64,000 nt of DNA, taken from assembly GCA_016292515.1 (NCBI GenBank), contig JAEDIJ010000006.1:295-64294 (forward strand). The letters run 5' to 3'. How positions within the stretch are numbered: the stretch's first letter is position 1; the number at the start of each line of letters is the position of its first letter. A program made the position numbers and the translations under genes. This document shows, piece after piece, positions 8,239-17,772 of this stretch. Under the pieces are notes generated by a model. That model made no database searches and was not told the origin of the DNA. It saw only the letters and a program-made list of their open reading frames with translations. The stretch is from Victivallaceae bacterium. Its GTDB lineage: Bacteria; Verrucomicrobiota; Lentisphaeria; Victivallales; Victivallaceae.

Positions 8239-9092
8239 TTGTTTTTTTCTCCGAGAAAACGATGGATTTTATCGAGCATACTGCAACCGGCGGCACGGCC
8301 GATCTCGTAAGTCGTTTGCATTCTTTGGGGGTTATGCTCCACTTTGCCGCTCGGCAGCGGGGCAGGGGGGCGGATAACGAGGATCGCTCCCGCTTTTTCC
8401 TTTTCCTCAATGCGCTGTAATGTATCGTTGTAGCGTTGAGGGCGGCTTTGCAGCGCGCGGTAGATCTCCGGCATTTTTTTGAAAAAGGGACGAAAGAGCG
8501 GCAGAAAGGGCGACGGCTTTTTGCGGTATCCCTCCGGGCGCGTCAAAATGACGACGTTGCGGTCAAAGCCGAGTGATTCAAAATAGTCGAGCGGAATGGA
8601 ATCGGAAATGCCGCCGTCGAGATACTTTTTGCCGTTTCTTTCGACGGGACGGCTGACGCAGGGCATCGACGCCGACGCGCGGATCCACTCCATCGTGTCG
8701 CCGTCCACCCGGTCGCAACGGCGGTAGCAGGGATTTCCCGTTTCGACATCGGTCGCGACGACGTAAAATTCCGTCGGGTTGCGGCGGAATTCTTCGTCGT
8801 CAAAAGGATCGAGCGTTTCCGGGATCGCGTGGTAGCAGAAATCTCCGCCGTAGAGATCGCCGGTTTTGAGAAGCGATGCAAGACTGCAATAACGCTTGTC
8901 GCGGCAGAAGCGTTTGTTGTAGCGGATCGCCCGTCCGATCTGGCGGGATTTGAAATTACAGCCGAATGCGGCACCGGCGGAAACGCCGATCACGCCGTCG
9001 AAATCGAGGCAATTTTCCAAAAAAACATCGAGCACGCCGCAACTGAAAAGTCCCCGCATCGCGCCGCCCTCGAGAATCAATCCTGATCTCAT
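8235..9092 (-). CDS. patatin-like phospholipase
   Basis: Oxyanion motif GGAMRG, nucleophile elbow GVSAGA, and a C-terminal DGG-type Asp motif (YLDGGISD). Confidence 0.88.
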   Translation of the reverse strand: MRSGLILEGGAMRGLFSCGVLDVFLENCLDFDGVIGVSAGAAFGCNFKSRQIGRAIRYNKRFCRDKRYCSLASLLKTGDLYGGDFCYHAIPETLDPFDDEEFRRNPTEFYVVATDVETGNPCYRRCDRVDGDTMEWIRASASMPCVSRPVERNGKKYLDGGISDSIPLDYFESLGFDRNVVILTRPEGYRKKPSPFLPLFRPFFKKMPEIYRALQSRPQRYNDTLQRIEEKEKAGAILVIRPPAPLPSGKVEHNPQRMQTTYEIGRAAGCSMLDKIHRFLGEKNK

Positions 9093-9226
9093 GGTTTTGT
9101 CCTTTCCGGCTTATAGTATACACGATGACGCGGCAGGAATCAATCCGCGTTTCGGGAAAAAGATGGATTTTTTATTGCGGACGGTGTATTTTATGAAGAA
9201 AACGAAAAATTCCTGTGAGGTGCGTT

Positions 9227-9943
9227 ATGTATGAAATGACCAATGTGATCCCCTTTGTGGATGCCGGAGCGGACGGAAAACTGAAACTTCACAACGCGGT
9301 GGCGATGATGATGAATTGCTGTCAGTTTCAGGAGTATCAGGAGGAAAAATTCTGCGCTTATTTGCGGCAGAATCATCTGGCGGTCTTTCTCTTTTCGATC
9401 CAGTTGGATATCCTGCGGATGCCGGAATTCCGGGAAAAAGTGAAAACGGCGGTCAAAATCTACGGCTGCCGTTCGATCTACGGTTTGCGGCAGATCACGA
9501 TGCACGATGAAAAAAATGATCTCTGCCTGATTGCCGACGCGACCGGAGCGTTTTTCGACATCGAAGTGCGCAAGGCGGTGAAACTCGTGCCGGAAGCCCT
9601 CGGTGTCGTCTACGACGAGCCGCTTCCGATGGAGTGCCTCGGCCGCAAGATTCCGATCCCGGCGACCGAGCCGGAAAAATGTCCCGCGCTTACGGTGACG
9701 CGCTCCTTGCTCGACCCCAACGGACACCTGACCAGCCACGGTTATTTCGCTCTGGCGGGAGATGTACTGCCGACGGATTTTACCTTTGACCGCGTCCGGA
9801 TGGAATTCAAACAGCAAGCGGCGCCCGGCGAAAAAGTGACGCCGTTTCTGTACCGCGACGGCGAAAGCCGGATCGTCGTCGATATGCGGGGTGAATCCCA
9901 GTTGAGTTGCGCCGTCGCGGAATTCACGACGCGACCGCACTAA
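9227..9943 (+). CDS. acyl-ACP thioesterase-like protein (double hotdog)
   Basis: About 238 aa from ATG 9227. The two-hotdog layout and length resemble bacterial FatA/B-type acyl-ACP thioesterases. The call is by pattern only. Confidence 0.55.
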   Translation: MYEMTNVIPFVDAGADGKLKLHNAVAMMMNCCQFQEYQEEKFCAYLRQNHLAVFLFSIQLDILRMPEFREKVKTAVKIYGCRSIYGLRQITMHDEKNDLCLIADATGAFFDIEVRKAVKLVPEALGVVYDEPLPMECLGRKIPIPATEPEKCPALTVTRSLLDPNGHLTSHGYFALAGDVLPTDFTFDRVRMEFKQQAAPGEKVTPFLYRDGESRIVVDMRGESQLSCAVAEFTTRPH

Positions 9944-11292
9944 TTGCGGTAGGGTGTGCGCAAAAAGTTGCCGGTGCGGCGGCGGATGGTGAGGAAATAA
10001 GGCACGGCAAGTAAAATGCAGGTGACGACCCAGCTGAGCACGTCGCCGAGGCAGACGCCGCGATATCCCCAGATGCGTCCGAGCACCACGCAGAGCACCG
10101 AGCGGAAAATCAGATCGCTGAATCCGGAAAGCAGCGGCAGAAAACTGTACCCCATACTCTGCAAAGCGTTGCGGTAGATGAACATCAGTCCTAAAAAGAT
10201 GTAAAAGGGCGAGCGGTAATACATAAAATCGCGCACGTAGGGCAACAGGATATCGACCTGATCCTTGCCGACGAAAATTCTCGTGAAAGCGGGGTAAAAC
10301 GTCGTCGTGCCGACGTATCCGATGACGGCGAGCGCGAGGATGAAGTAGCTCGCGTCGGTACAGCCGTTGCAGATGCGGTCAAAGCGGCGGCACCCGTAAT
10401 TCTGGGCGACAAACGCGCCGACCGTCGCGGTGACCGCGTAGATGAAGATCGTGAAAAGGCGATCGACCTGACAGGCGGTCGCGAATCCGGCGACGGCGAC
10501 GTCGCCCAGGGTGTTGAGCGATCCCTGCATCACGATACAGCTGAATGCGATGCAAGTGGACTGGATGCCGAGCGGGATACCGAGCCGGAGATGCTCTTTG
10601 ACCTGATAAGGTTTCCAGTCGGCGCGTGCGAGCCGCAGTTCGGGGAAGTGATGCAGTGTGAAAAAGGCGCACAGCATACCGGAGATCACCTGACTGATGA
10701 CCGTCGCATACGCGACCCCTTGGATGCCCCAGTGGAATTTCAGGAGAAAAAGCAGGTCGAGCGCGACGTTGAGCAAGGTCGATACGATGAGGAAATAAAG
10801 CGGCGTCCTGCTGTCGCCGAGCGCGCGGAGCGTGGAGGAAAAGACGTTGTAAACGGCAATCGCCAGATGACCGAAAATGATGATGACCAGATATTCCCGG
10901 CACCAGTCGTAGAGTTCCGCCGGAGTTTTGAGCAACGTCAGGATCTTGTCCAATCCCAGCAATGCCGCCGTGATGACGACGAGCGCGGTGACGGTACTCA
11001 AAAGAAGCGACGTCGTCATCGAGCGGCGGACGCCCGCCATATCCCGCGCACCGAATTTCTGTCCGGTCAGAATGGCGAAACCGCCCGTGAGGGCAAAGAT
11101 GAAACTGAAAAGGAGAAAGACCGTCACCCCCGACGCGCCGACGGCACCCAAGGCGCGCCAGCCGAGGATATGACCGACGATGATGGTGTCGGTCATCCCG
11201 TAAAAGAGTTGCAGGATCATTCCGATGATGAGCGGCAGTGAAAAACTGACGATCAACCGCAACGGACTGCCCCCGGTCATATTTTTGAGCAT
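9940..11292 (-). CDS. MATE family efflux transporter
   Basis: 12-TM profile. The N-terminus PLRLIVSFSLPLIIGMILQLFYGMTDTIIVGHILG is typical of MATE. Internal ATG at 11292. Confidence 0.85.
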   Translation of the reverse strand: MLKNMTGGSPLRLIVSFSLPLIIGMILQLFYGMTDTIIVGHILGWRALGAVGASGVTVFLLFSFIFALTGGFAILTGQKFGARDMAGVRRSMTTSLLLSTVTALVVITAALLGLDKILTLLKTPAELYDWCREYLVIIIFGHLAIAVYNVFSSTLRALGDSRTPLYFLIVSTLLNVALDLLFLLKFHWGIQGVAYATVISQVISGMLCAFFTLHHFPELRLARADWKPYQVKEHLRLGIPLGIQSTCIAFSCIVMQGSLNTLGDVAVAGFATACQVDRLFTIFIYAVTATVGAFVAQNYGCRRFDRICNGCTDASYFILALAVIGYVGTTTFYPAFTRIFVGKDQVDILLPYVRDFMYYRSPFYIFLGLMFIYRNALQSMGYSFLPLLSGFSDLIFRSVLCVVLGRIWGYRGVCLGDVLSWVVTCILLAVPYFLTIRRRTGNFLRTPYRN

Positions 11293-11424
11293 AAAAAAGA
11301 AGCCTCCTTTTGTGGCGTTGATAAAAAATACTCCGCTTTCCGGCTTTTTCAAGAGGCATCGTGTCAAAAAGAGATTGCTTTTCAACGAAAAAACGGTATA
11401 TTATGGGAAAAGAGGAGGAAAAAA

Positions 11425-11931
11425 ATGAAAGTTGTCAGCAAACAGCGTAACAGCCGGATGTGCGTCATCTGCGGTCTGGACAATCCGAGCGGCGTCCGCG
11501 CGCCCTTTTACAATATGGAGGACGCAAGCGTGATGAGCCGTTTCCGCTTCCGCGCGGAGCAGCAGAGTTATCCCGGCAGAGTACACGGCGGGATCATCAC
11601 GGCGATGCTCGACGAAATGGGGTTGCGCGCATTGTGGGCGAAAACGCTCGACGAATCGCAGTTCGGCGTGACGATCTCGCTCGAAAGCCATTTCCGGAAA
11701 CCGGTTCCCTACGAGTGCGATCTCCTGGCGCGCGGCGTCGTCATCAGCGACACCAGCCGCTTTTTTGCGGTCGAAGCGGCGGTGATGGATCTTTACGGAC
11801 ATATCCTCGCCGACGGTGTCGTCAAGTACATCAAGCTGGATGCCGAAAAAATTTCCGCCGGAGTCGACGTGCACGAGCAGATGCCTTATCTGATCCCCGA
11901 CGACGTGAAAGAAATTCAGTACAAACTCTGA
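11425..11931 (+). CDS. PaaI-family hotdog thioesterase
   Basis: GRVHGGIITAMLDEMG motif characteristic of PaaI/YigI-type thioesterases. N-terminal CxxC-like segment (CVICG). Confidence 0.7.
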   Translation: MKVVSKQRNSRMCVICGLDNPSGVRAPFYNMEDASVMSRFRFRAEQQSYPGRVHGGIITAMLDEMGLRALWAKTLDESQFGVTISLESHFRKPVPYECDLLARGVVISDTSRFFAVEAAVMDLYGHILADGVVKYIKLDAEKISAGVDVHEQMPYLIPDDVKEIQYKL

Positions 11932-11947
11932 TCTTCCCCGCCCGGCG

Positions 11948-12002
11948 TTGAAAAAAGCCGCTTGGAGTGATATATTATCTCTCTGTATAAATCAATAGAT
12001 TT
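11948..12002 (+). promoter_or_regulatory. putative feoAB promoter plus AT-rich inverted repeat (Fur-box candidate)
   Basis: TTGAAA (11948-11953), 17-nt spacer, TATATT (11971-11976). Near-palindrome AAATCAATAGATTT (11989-12002, 12/14) lies between the -10 and the RBS. Confidence 0.35.
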
Positions 12003-12015
12003 CAAGGGGGATCTT

Positions 12016-14376
12016 ATGACGCTTCGAGAGTTGCCCGTCGGCGGCAGTGCCGAAATTCTCGCCGTCGGCGGAAAAGGGGCGTTGCGCCAGCACTTCCTGG
12101 ATATGGGGATGATCCCCGGTACCCGGGTGAAACTTCTCAAATACGCTCCGATGGGCGATCCGATGGAATTGCTGATCGGCGATTACAATCTGACGCTCCG
12201 GCTCGCCGATGCGGAGCATATCGAGATCCGCCAGATCGTGGAAAGTGCCAAAGAAATTTCCGTTGCAGATGGTCTTCCCGCCAATCAGGCGGTTCACCCC
12301 GGCTTCGGCGAGGAGGGCAAATACCACGCGGCGCAACCGGGGGATAAAAAGGCCGCCTTTCCGGAGGGAACGCTGCTTCGTTTCGCCCTCGTCGGCAATC
12401 CGAATTGCGGTAAGACGACGCTTTTCAACGCATTGACCGGTGCCAATCAGCACGTCGGCAATTTTCCCGGTGTCACCGTCAGCCGCAAGGACGGCCGCAT
12501 CAAAAAACATCTTTTTACGCAGGTGACCGACTTGCCCGGCATCTATTCGATGTCGCCTTACAGCGCGGAAGAGTTGGTCACGCGCAAATTCATCCTCGGC
12601 GAAAAACCGCAGGCGATCATCAATATCGTCGATGCGACCAATATCACCCGCAGTCTCTATCTGTCGATGCAGCTGATGGAATTGGGGATCCCGATGGTGC
12701 TCGCCCTCAATATGATGGATGAAGTGCGCAACAACGGCGGCGCGATCCTCGTCAACAAACTGGAAGCGGCACTGGGGATCCCGGTGATCCCGCTCTCCGC
12801 CAGCCGCGGCGAGGGCATCGACGAATTGGTCAGCCACGTCTTGCATATCGCGCGCTATCAGGAACCGCCAAAAAGACAGGATTTCTGCGACGTCGGGGAG
12901 CACGGCGGTGCCGTCCACCGGGCGATCCACTCGATCATCCATCTGATCGAGGATCACGCCGAGGAAGCGGGGATCCCGCGCCATTTTGCGGCGTGCAAGG
13001 TCATCGAGGGGGATTCTCTGATCCTGCAAAAACTTCACCTCGACGAAAACGAGCGCGATATGCTCGAGCATATCATCATCCAGATGGAAAAGGAGCGCGG
13101 TTTGGATCGCGCCGCCGCCATCGCGGATATGCGCTTTTCCTTTATCCGCAAGATCTGCCGCGAGACCGTGCGCAAGCCCGTCGAGAGCAAGGAACACCGC
13201 CGCAGCCGCGCGATCGACGCCGTGCTGACGGGGAAATATACGGCGATCCCCGCATTTTTCGCCATTATGGCACTTGTCTTTTATCTGACCTTTGGCGTGA
13301 TCGGCGCGTTTTTGCAGAGGATTTTGGAGTCCGGTATCGGTTTCTGTGACGAGAAAATGAGATTCTTTTTGCTGGAAGCCGGGGTGAATCCCACCTGGCA
13401 AAGTCTGGTGCTCGACGGTGTTTTCGCCGGCGTCGGCAGCGTTTTGAGTTTTCTGCCGATCATCGTGACGCTTTTCTTTTTCCTCTCGATGCTGGAAGAC
13501 AGCGGCTACATTGCCCGCGTCGCGTTTGTGATGGATAAACTTTTCCGCCGGATCGGACTTTCCGGACGGAGCATCGTGCCGATGCTGATCGGTTTCGGCT
13601 GTACCGTTCCCGCCGTGATGGCGACGCGGACTCTGCCGTCGGCGCGCGACCGCAAAATGACGATCCTTTTGACGCCCTTTATGAGTTGCTCGGCGAAACT
13701 GCCGATCTACGCTTTCTTTGTCGCGGCGTTTTTCCCCGGGCACGGCGCATTGGTGATGACGCTTTTGTATCTTATCGGCGTCCTTTTTGCATTGCTCATC
13801 GCGCTGATTTTCAAAAAGACGCTTTTCCGCGGGGAAGCGGTTCCTTTTGTGATGGAATTGCCCAATTACCGGATGCCGGGATTCAAGAACGTCTGCCAGT
13901 TGCTCTGGGAAAAGATCAAGGACTTTCTGCAACGCGCCTTTACTGTGATCTTTCTGGCGTCGATGGCGATCTGGTTGCTCAGTACCTTTGATCTGCACTT
14001 GAATATGGTCGCCGATCCGGGAATGAGCATTCTGGCGAAGATCGCCGGATTTCTGTCGCCCGTGATGGCGCCGCTCGGATTGGGGGATTGGCGCATCTGC
14101 GTTTCGCTGATCACCGGAGTCAGTGCCAAAGAGAGCGTCGTATCCTCGCTCAACGTCCTTTTGGACAGCGGCGTCGATCTGCACGTTTATCTCACGCAGT
14201 CGGCGGCGGCGGCGTTGCTCGTTTTCACTTTGCTCTACACCCCCTGCATCGCCGCGATCGCCGCGATCCGGCGCGAACTCGGCGCGTTATGGGCGGCGGT
14301 CGTCGTCGTCTGGCAATGCCTTCTCGCCTGGGGCGCGGCCTTTGCGGTCAAACTTGTCGTCCAGTTGTTTCAGTAG
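12016..14376 (+). CDS. feoB: ferrous iron transporter, FeoA-FeoB fusion
   Basis: N-terminal FeoA SH3-like domain (about 75 aa). Then the FeoB G-domain GNPNCGKTTLFNALTG and DLPGIYS, followed by a polytopic membrane domain. Confidence 0.92.
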   Translation: MTLRELPVGGSAEILAVGGKGALRQHFLDMGMIPGTRVKLLKYAPMGDPMELLIGDYNLTLRLADAEHIEIRQIVESAKEISVADGLPANQAVHPGFGEEGKYHAAQPGDKKAAFPEGTLLRFALVGNPNCGKTTLFNALTGANQHVGNFPGVTVSRKDGRIKKHLFTQVTDLPGIYSMSPYSAEELVTRKFILGEKPQAIINIVDATNITRSLYLSMQLMELGIPMVLALNMMDEVRNNGGAILVNKLEAALGIPVIPLSASRGEGIDELVSHVLHIARYQEPPKRQDFCDVGEHGGAVHRAIHSIIHLIEDHAEEAGIPRHFAACKVIEGDSLILQKLHLDENERDMLEHIIIQMEKERGLDRAAAIADMRFSFIRKICRETVRKPVESKEHRRSRAIDAVLTGKYTAIPAFFAIMALVFYLTFGVIGAFLQRILESGIGFCDEKMRFFLLEAGVNPTWQSLVLDGVFAGVGSVLSFLPIIVTLFFFLSMLEDSGYIARVAFVMDKLFRRIGLSGRSIVPMLIGFGCTVPAVMATRTLPSARDRKMTILLTPFMSCSAKLPIYAFFVAAFFPGHGALVMTLLYLIGVLFALLIALIFKKTLFRGEAVPFVMELPNYRMPGFKNVCQLLWEKIKDFLQRAFTVIFLASMAIWLLSTFDLHLNMVADPGMSILAKIAGFLSPVMAPLGLGDWRICVSLITGVSAKESVVSSLNVLLDSGVDLHVYLTQSAAAALLVFTLLYTPCIAAIAAIRRELGALWAAVVVVWQCLLAWGAAFAVKLVVQLFQ

Positions 14377-14446
14377 CAAAAAAAAAGGATTTTTTTCGCC
14401 GTACGAGGTTGAAAAAATCCTTTCGCAGAAGTATATTTTCGCCATT

Positions 14447-15544
14447 ATGGAATATATGCAGAAAATCATTTATATGCGCCGTCAGCGGTTGTTGCTGATC
14501 GGTGTGATCGTTTTGTTGCTCGCGATTTTTTTGCCGGTGACGATCCTCTTTTTGACGACGTCGCCGAAGGCGCCGGCGGAAGTGAAAAATGCACCTGTTC
14601 CCGTCGCGCCGCAATCCGCCAAAATGGTCAAAGGCTTCGGTTTTGTCCGCGGCAGTTCGATGATCACCTTAAAAAACAAGTACGCCGGGTACGTCAAAAA
14701 AGTCAATTTCTACACCGGGCAGAAAATTATGTGCGGCGACGTCATCATCGAGTACGACGATCTCGACTGGCGTCTGCGCCTCACACAGGCGGTCAACGCC
14801 GTGCGGGAACAGCAAAAAGTCGTTGAAGCCAAAGAACTTGCGCTTCAATTGAAAAAACTCAATCCGCTCCCGTCGGAATACCGCAACATCAACTGGAAAC
14901 AGATGGCGGCAAAGGAAAAACTTTTCCGGTTGAAAAAGGAGTTGGACGCCTACGAAAAACTGCACGAGACCAAGGCGGTTTCCGATTTTTCCCTGCGCGA
15001 AAAAACGCAGGATTACAGAGACGCCGAAGCGGATATGAAAAGTATCGCCGACGATATCAACATCATCAATCAGGGATTGGGCGCACTTTACATTGCCATC
15101 GCGGAAAAGGAGTTGGAGGACGCGCGCACCAAGCTGGAAGACTTGAAAAAAGTGCAGAGTCTCATCGAGGAGGACGGCAATCACTACCGGATCGTTTCGC
15201 CGCGCAACGGCGTTGTCGTCAACAACTCCGACACGGTCAACGCCTATAACGCCGCCGCTTCCAACGTCGCGGAGATCCACTCGTTCAACAACGGCAGTTA
15301 CGTCTACTGCTATTTCGATGAACGCGATATCAGTTATGTGGTCGAGGGCAAATCCTACCGTTTCCGCACCACGCAGTTCGACTGCACGAAAAAAGGCTAT
15401 CCGATGGTGCGGCCGTACGAAGTCCAAAAGAACCGTTCCTCGTCGGGCGACCGTTCGCTTTATCTTGTGAAATGCCAGTTGGTCTCATCGCCGATCCCGT
15501 TGCGCATCAATTCGACGGGGCAGATGGAGATCGACATCAAGTAA
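14447..15544 (+). CDS. HlyD-family membrane fusion / periplasmic adaptor protein, with no adjacent transporter partner
   Basis: N-terminal TM helix, a barrel-sandwich-like segment, a long Lys/Glu-rich coiled coil and a C-terminal beta domain. Start taken after the feoB stop at ATG 14447. Confidence 0.55.
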   Translation: MEYMQKIIYMRRQRLLLIGVIVLLLAIFLPVTILFLTTSPKAPAEVKNAPVPVAPQSAKMVKGFGFVRGSSMITLKNKYAGYVKKVNFYTGQKIMCGDVIIEYDDLDWRLRLTQAVNAVREQQKVVEAKELALQLKKLNPLPSEYRNINWKQMAAKEKLFRLKKELDAYEKLHETKAVSDFSLREKTQDYRDAEADMKSIADDINIINQGLGALYIAIAEKELEDARTKLEDLKKVQSLIEEDGNHYRIVSPRNGVVVNNSDTVNAYNAAASNVAEIHSFNNGSYVYCYFDERDISYVVEGKSYRFRTTQFDCTKKGYPMVRPYEVQKNRSSSGDRSLYLVKCQLVSSPIPLRINSTGQMEIDIK

Positions 15545-15548
15545 ACTG

Positions 15549-16334
15549 TTACTTGATCCGGAAAAACTTCATCGCGTTGTCCGTCGTGAGACGGGCGATA
15601 TCTTCCACATCTTTTTGCAGGACTTCCGCGACTTTTGCGGCGATGAGCGGCAGATTGCCCGGATGATTTTCACTTCCGCGCAACGGCACGGGGGCGAGGT
15701 AAGGCGAATCGGTTTCCAGAAGCAGACGGTCAAGCGGGATCAAAGGAAGTTGTTTCCGGATGTTTTCCGAATTTTTGAATGTCACCATTCCCGTGACGCC
15801 GAAATACGCGCCCAATCGGGCGAATTGCGGCAGAAATTCATTGCCGCCCGTATAGCAATGGATCTCAAAACGCCCGCCGCGCTCCGCAAAAGGACGCAAT
15901 AACTCCAACGCGTCAAGATAAGCATCATCACTTTCTTCCCGGTCGCGCAGATGAACGACGGCGGGCTTGTCCCAATCGAGGGCGAGAGCGAGATATTCGG
16001 AAAAAACTTCCTTTTGGAGTTCGCGACTGGAAAAATCGTAAAAATAGTCCAATCCGAGTTCCCCGACCGCGACGACTTTTTTCTCGTTGCGGAAAAGGGA
16101 AAGGTCGTCGCCGTTTTGCCGGTAACTTTGCGCTTCATGCGGATGAATGCCGACGGCGCACCACGAATCAGCAAAATTCTGGGCGTATTCCAATGCGCGG
16201 GTACTTTCCGCCAGACTGCCGCCGACGGCGAGCGTGTAAAGCGTTTCGCCTTTTGCCGCCGCTTCGATTTTCGCGCGGTAGTCGGCGACGGAGATTTCTC
16301 CGGAGTAATGGAAATGAGTGTCGAAAAACGTCAT
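15549..16334 (-). CDS. TatD-family metal-dependent hydrolase
   Basis: MTFFDTHFHY N-terminal HxH motif, with later conserved His, Glu and Asp positions (HCYTG, LLLETDSPYL). Confidence 0.88.
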   Translation of the reverse strand: MTFFDTHFHYSGEISVADYRAKIEAAAKGETLYTLAVGGSLAESTRALEYAQNFADSWCAVGIHPHEAQSYRQNGDDLSLFRNEKKVVAVGELGLDYFYDFSSRELQKEVFSEYLALALDWDKPAVVHLRDREESDDAYLDALELLRPFAERGGRFEIHCYTGGNEFLPQFARLGAYFGVTGMVTFKNSENIRKQLPLIPLDRLLLETDSPYLAPVPLRGSENHPGNLPLIAAKVAEVLQKDVEDIARLTTDNAMKFFRIK

Positions 16335-16382
16335 AGCAAAAAGAAAAGCGGGGGCGATTTCCGCCCCCGCATCGGGATGGTT

Positions 16383-17762
16383 TTACAGCGTCGCGGCGAT
16401 GACCGCCTGACCGTGCCGCTTGAATGTCTCATCCGGCACGTGAATGGCGACTTTCAACTCCGGGAATTGCTCGCCGAGGAGTTTCTGCGCCGTCTCGACG
16501 ATGATCGTGCCGCCGTTGCCGGAGGAAACACGACCGAGAAGGAGCAGATTTTCCAAGGCGTAGAAATCCGCGTAATGGGCGATCGCGTAGCCGAGGTAAA
16601 CGCCGATCGTGCGGTAGATCGCCGCGGCGCGCGGATCGTTTTCCGCCATCGCTTTCTGCACCATTTTGAGTTGCTCCGGCAACGGCATTTTGCCGAAGTC
16701 GAACCCTGCCGCGGGGGCAAGTCTGCCGACCGCCTGCTGTGAGAGGAAAAGCGCACCGACGCCGGCGTCGCCCGACCACTCGTCGCAGGGGGCGTCGTTT
16801 TCACGGTAGTCGATCGGCGCGAACGCGAGTTCATTGAGGTAATCGGTCAGACTTCCATCGGGCGTGACGTAGCCGACCGCTTCGCTCGTGCCCATCGCCA
16901 GACCGATGAGAGAGTTGCGTTTGAGGCTGATCGCTCCGGCGAGCGCGGTGACTTCGCCGTCGTTGAGGACGACAAAGGGGACGCCGGGGAATTCCTTGGC
17001 GATCTCCAAAAAGATCGGACGCACTTTGGTCGCGAAATCTTTTTCGGGGATGCCGCGGAAAAGCGACGCGATGCGCGGCTGATTGTCCACGTAGACACCG
17101 GCGGCACTGCCGCCGATGGCATCGACGCGCGGCAACTTGGCGGCGGCGCGGCGCAGAGAATCAAGAATGCCGTCGTAATGGTATTGGATGTCGCTCTGGA
17201 AATAGGGATCCCAGACGACTTCCTCGCTGTGGACGGTTTTGCCGTCCTGGACGGCGGCGCATTTGCGGTCGGAACCGCCGAGGTCGAAACCGATGCGGCA
17301 TCCGTCGAAGTGACCGCCGAGTTTCACGGTGATCGCTTTCCCTGCGGGGGCGGCGTCGAAACTGCCCGTGACGATCTCGAACGTCCTGTCGTAGATGCGT
17401 TCGCCCATCACCTGATAGTCAAAGGCGCGTGCGCCGTCGGGGCTGTAAATCTTGGCGATCTCCGCCGCCGTCGCGGGGGCACCGTAGATACCGACGCGAT
17501 AGCCGCCGAAACTCCAAAGCATCATCTTGACGATGCGCTCGATGTAACGCACGTTGAGCGCGGTGTTTTCCGCCGTTTCCGCGAGGATCGCGGTATCGAA
17601 ACGCGAGATGGCGCCGTTGACGCGTTCCAGCGTCAAGGCGACGCGCTGACGGTTTTTGTCGGCGTCGGCGAGTTTGCGGTATTCGCGGTTCCAGAGCACG
17701 GCGGGGACGAAGCCCTTGTCCAACTCCGGAGCGACATAATTTTTTAACTGGATCACAGCCAT
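16383..17762 (-). CDS. ASKHA-fold sugar kinase (ROK/glucokinase-like) with an N-terminal extension of about 150 aa
   Basis: GFDLGGSD phosphate-1 motif, LNDGEVTALAGA and GLAMGTSEAVGYV. Immediately upstream of nagB in the same orientation. No CxCGxxGC ROK zinc motif seen. Confidence 0.6.
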   Translation of the reverse strand: MAVIQLKNYVAPELDKGFVPAVLWNREYRKLADADKNRQRVALTLERVNGAISRFDTAILAETAENTALNVRYIERIVKMMLWSFGGYRVGIYGAPATAAEIAKIYSPDGARAFDYQVMGERIYDRTFEIVTGSFDAAPAGKAITVKLGGHFDGCRIGFDLGGSDRKCAAVQDGKTVHSEEVVWDPYFQSDIQYHYDGILDSLRRAAAKLPRVDAIGGSAAGVYVDNQPRIASLFRGIPEKDFATKVRPIFLEIAKEFPGVPFVVLNDGEVTALAGAISLKRNSLIGLAMGTSEAVGYVTPDGSLTDYLNELAFAPIDYRENDAPCDEWSGDAGVGALFLSQQAVGRLAPAAGFDFGKMPLPEQLKMVQKAMAENDPRAAAIYRTIGVYLGYAIAHYADFYALENLLLLGRVSSGNGGTIIVETAQKLLGEQFPELKVAIHVPDETFKRHGQAVIAATL

Positions 17763-17772
17763 TTTTCCGCCC

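Noticed and set aside
8235-9092. Patatin-like phospholipase as the effector of a CBASS-type or other anti-phage system
   Set aside because: There is no cyclase, sensor, STAND/NTPase or other defence partner nearby. The neighbours are lipid-metabolism genes in a housekeeping context.
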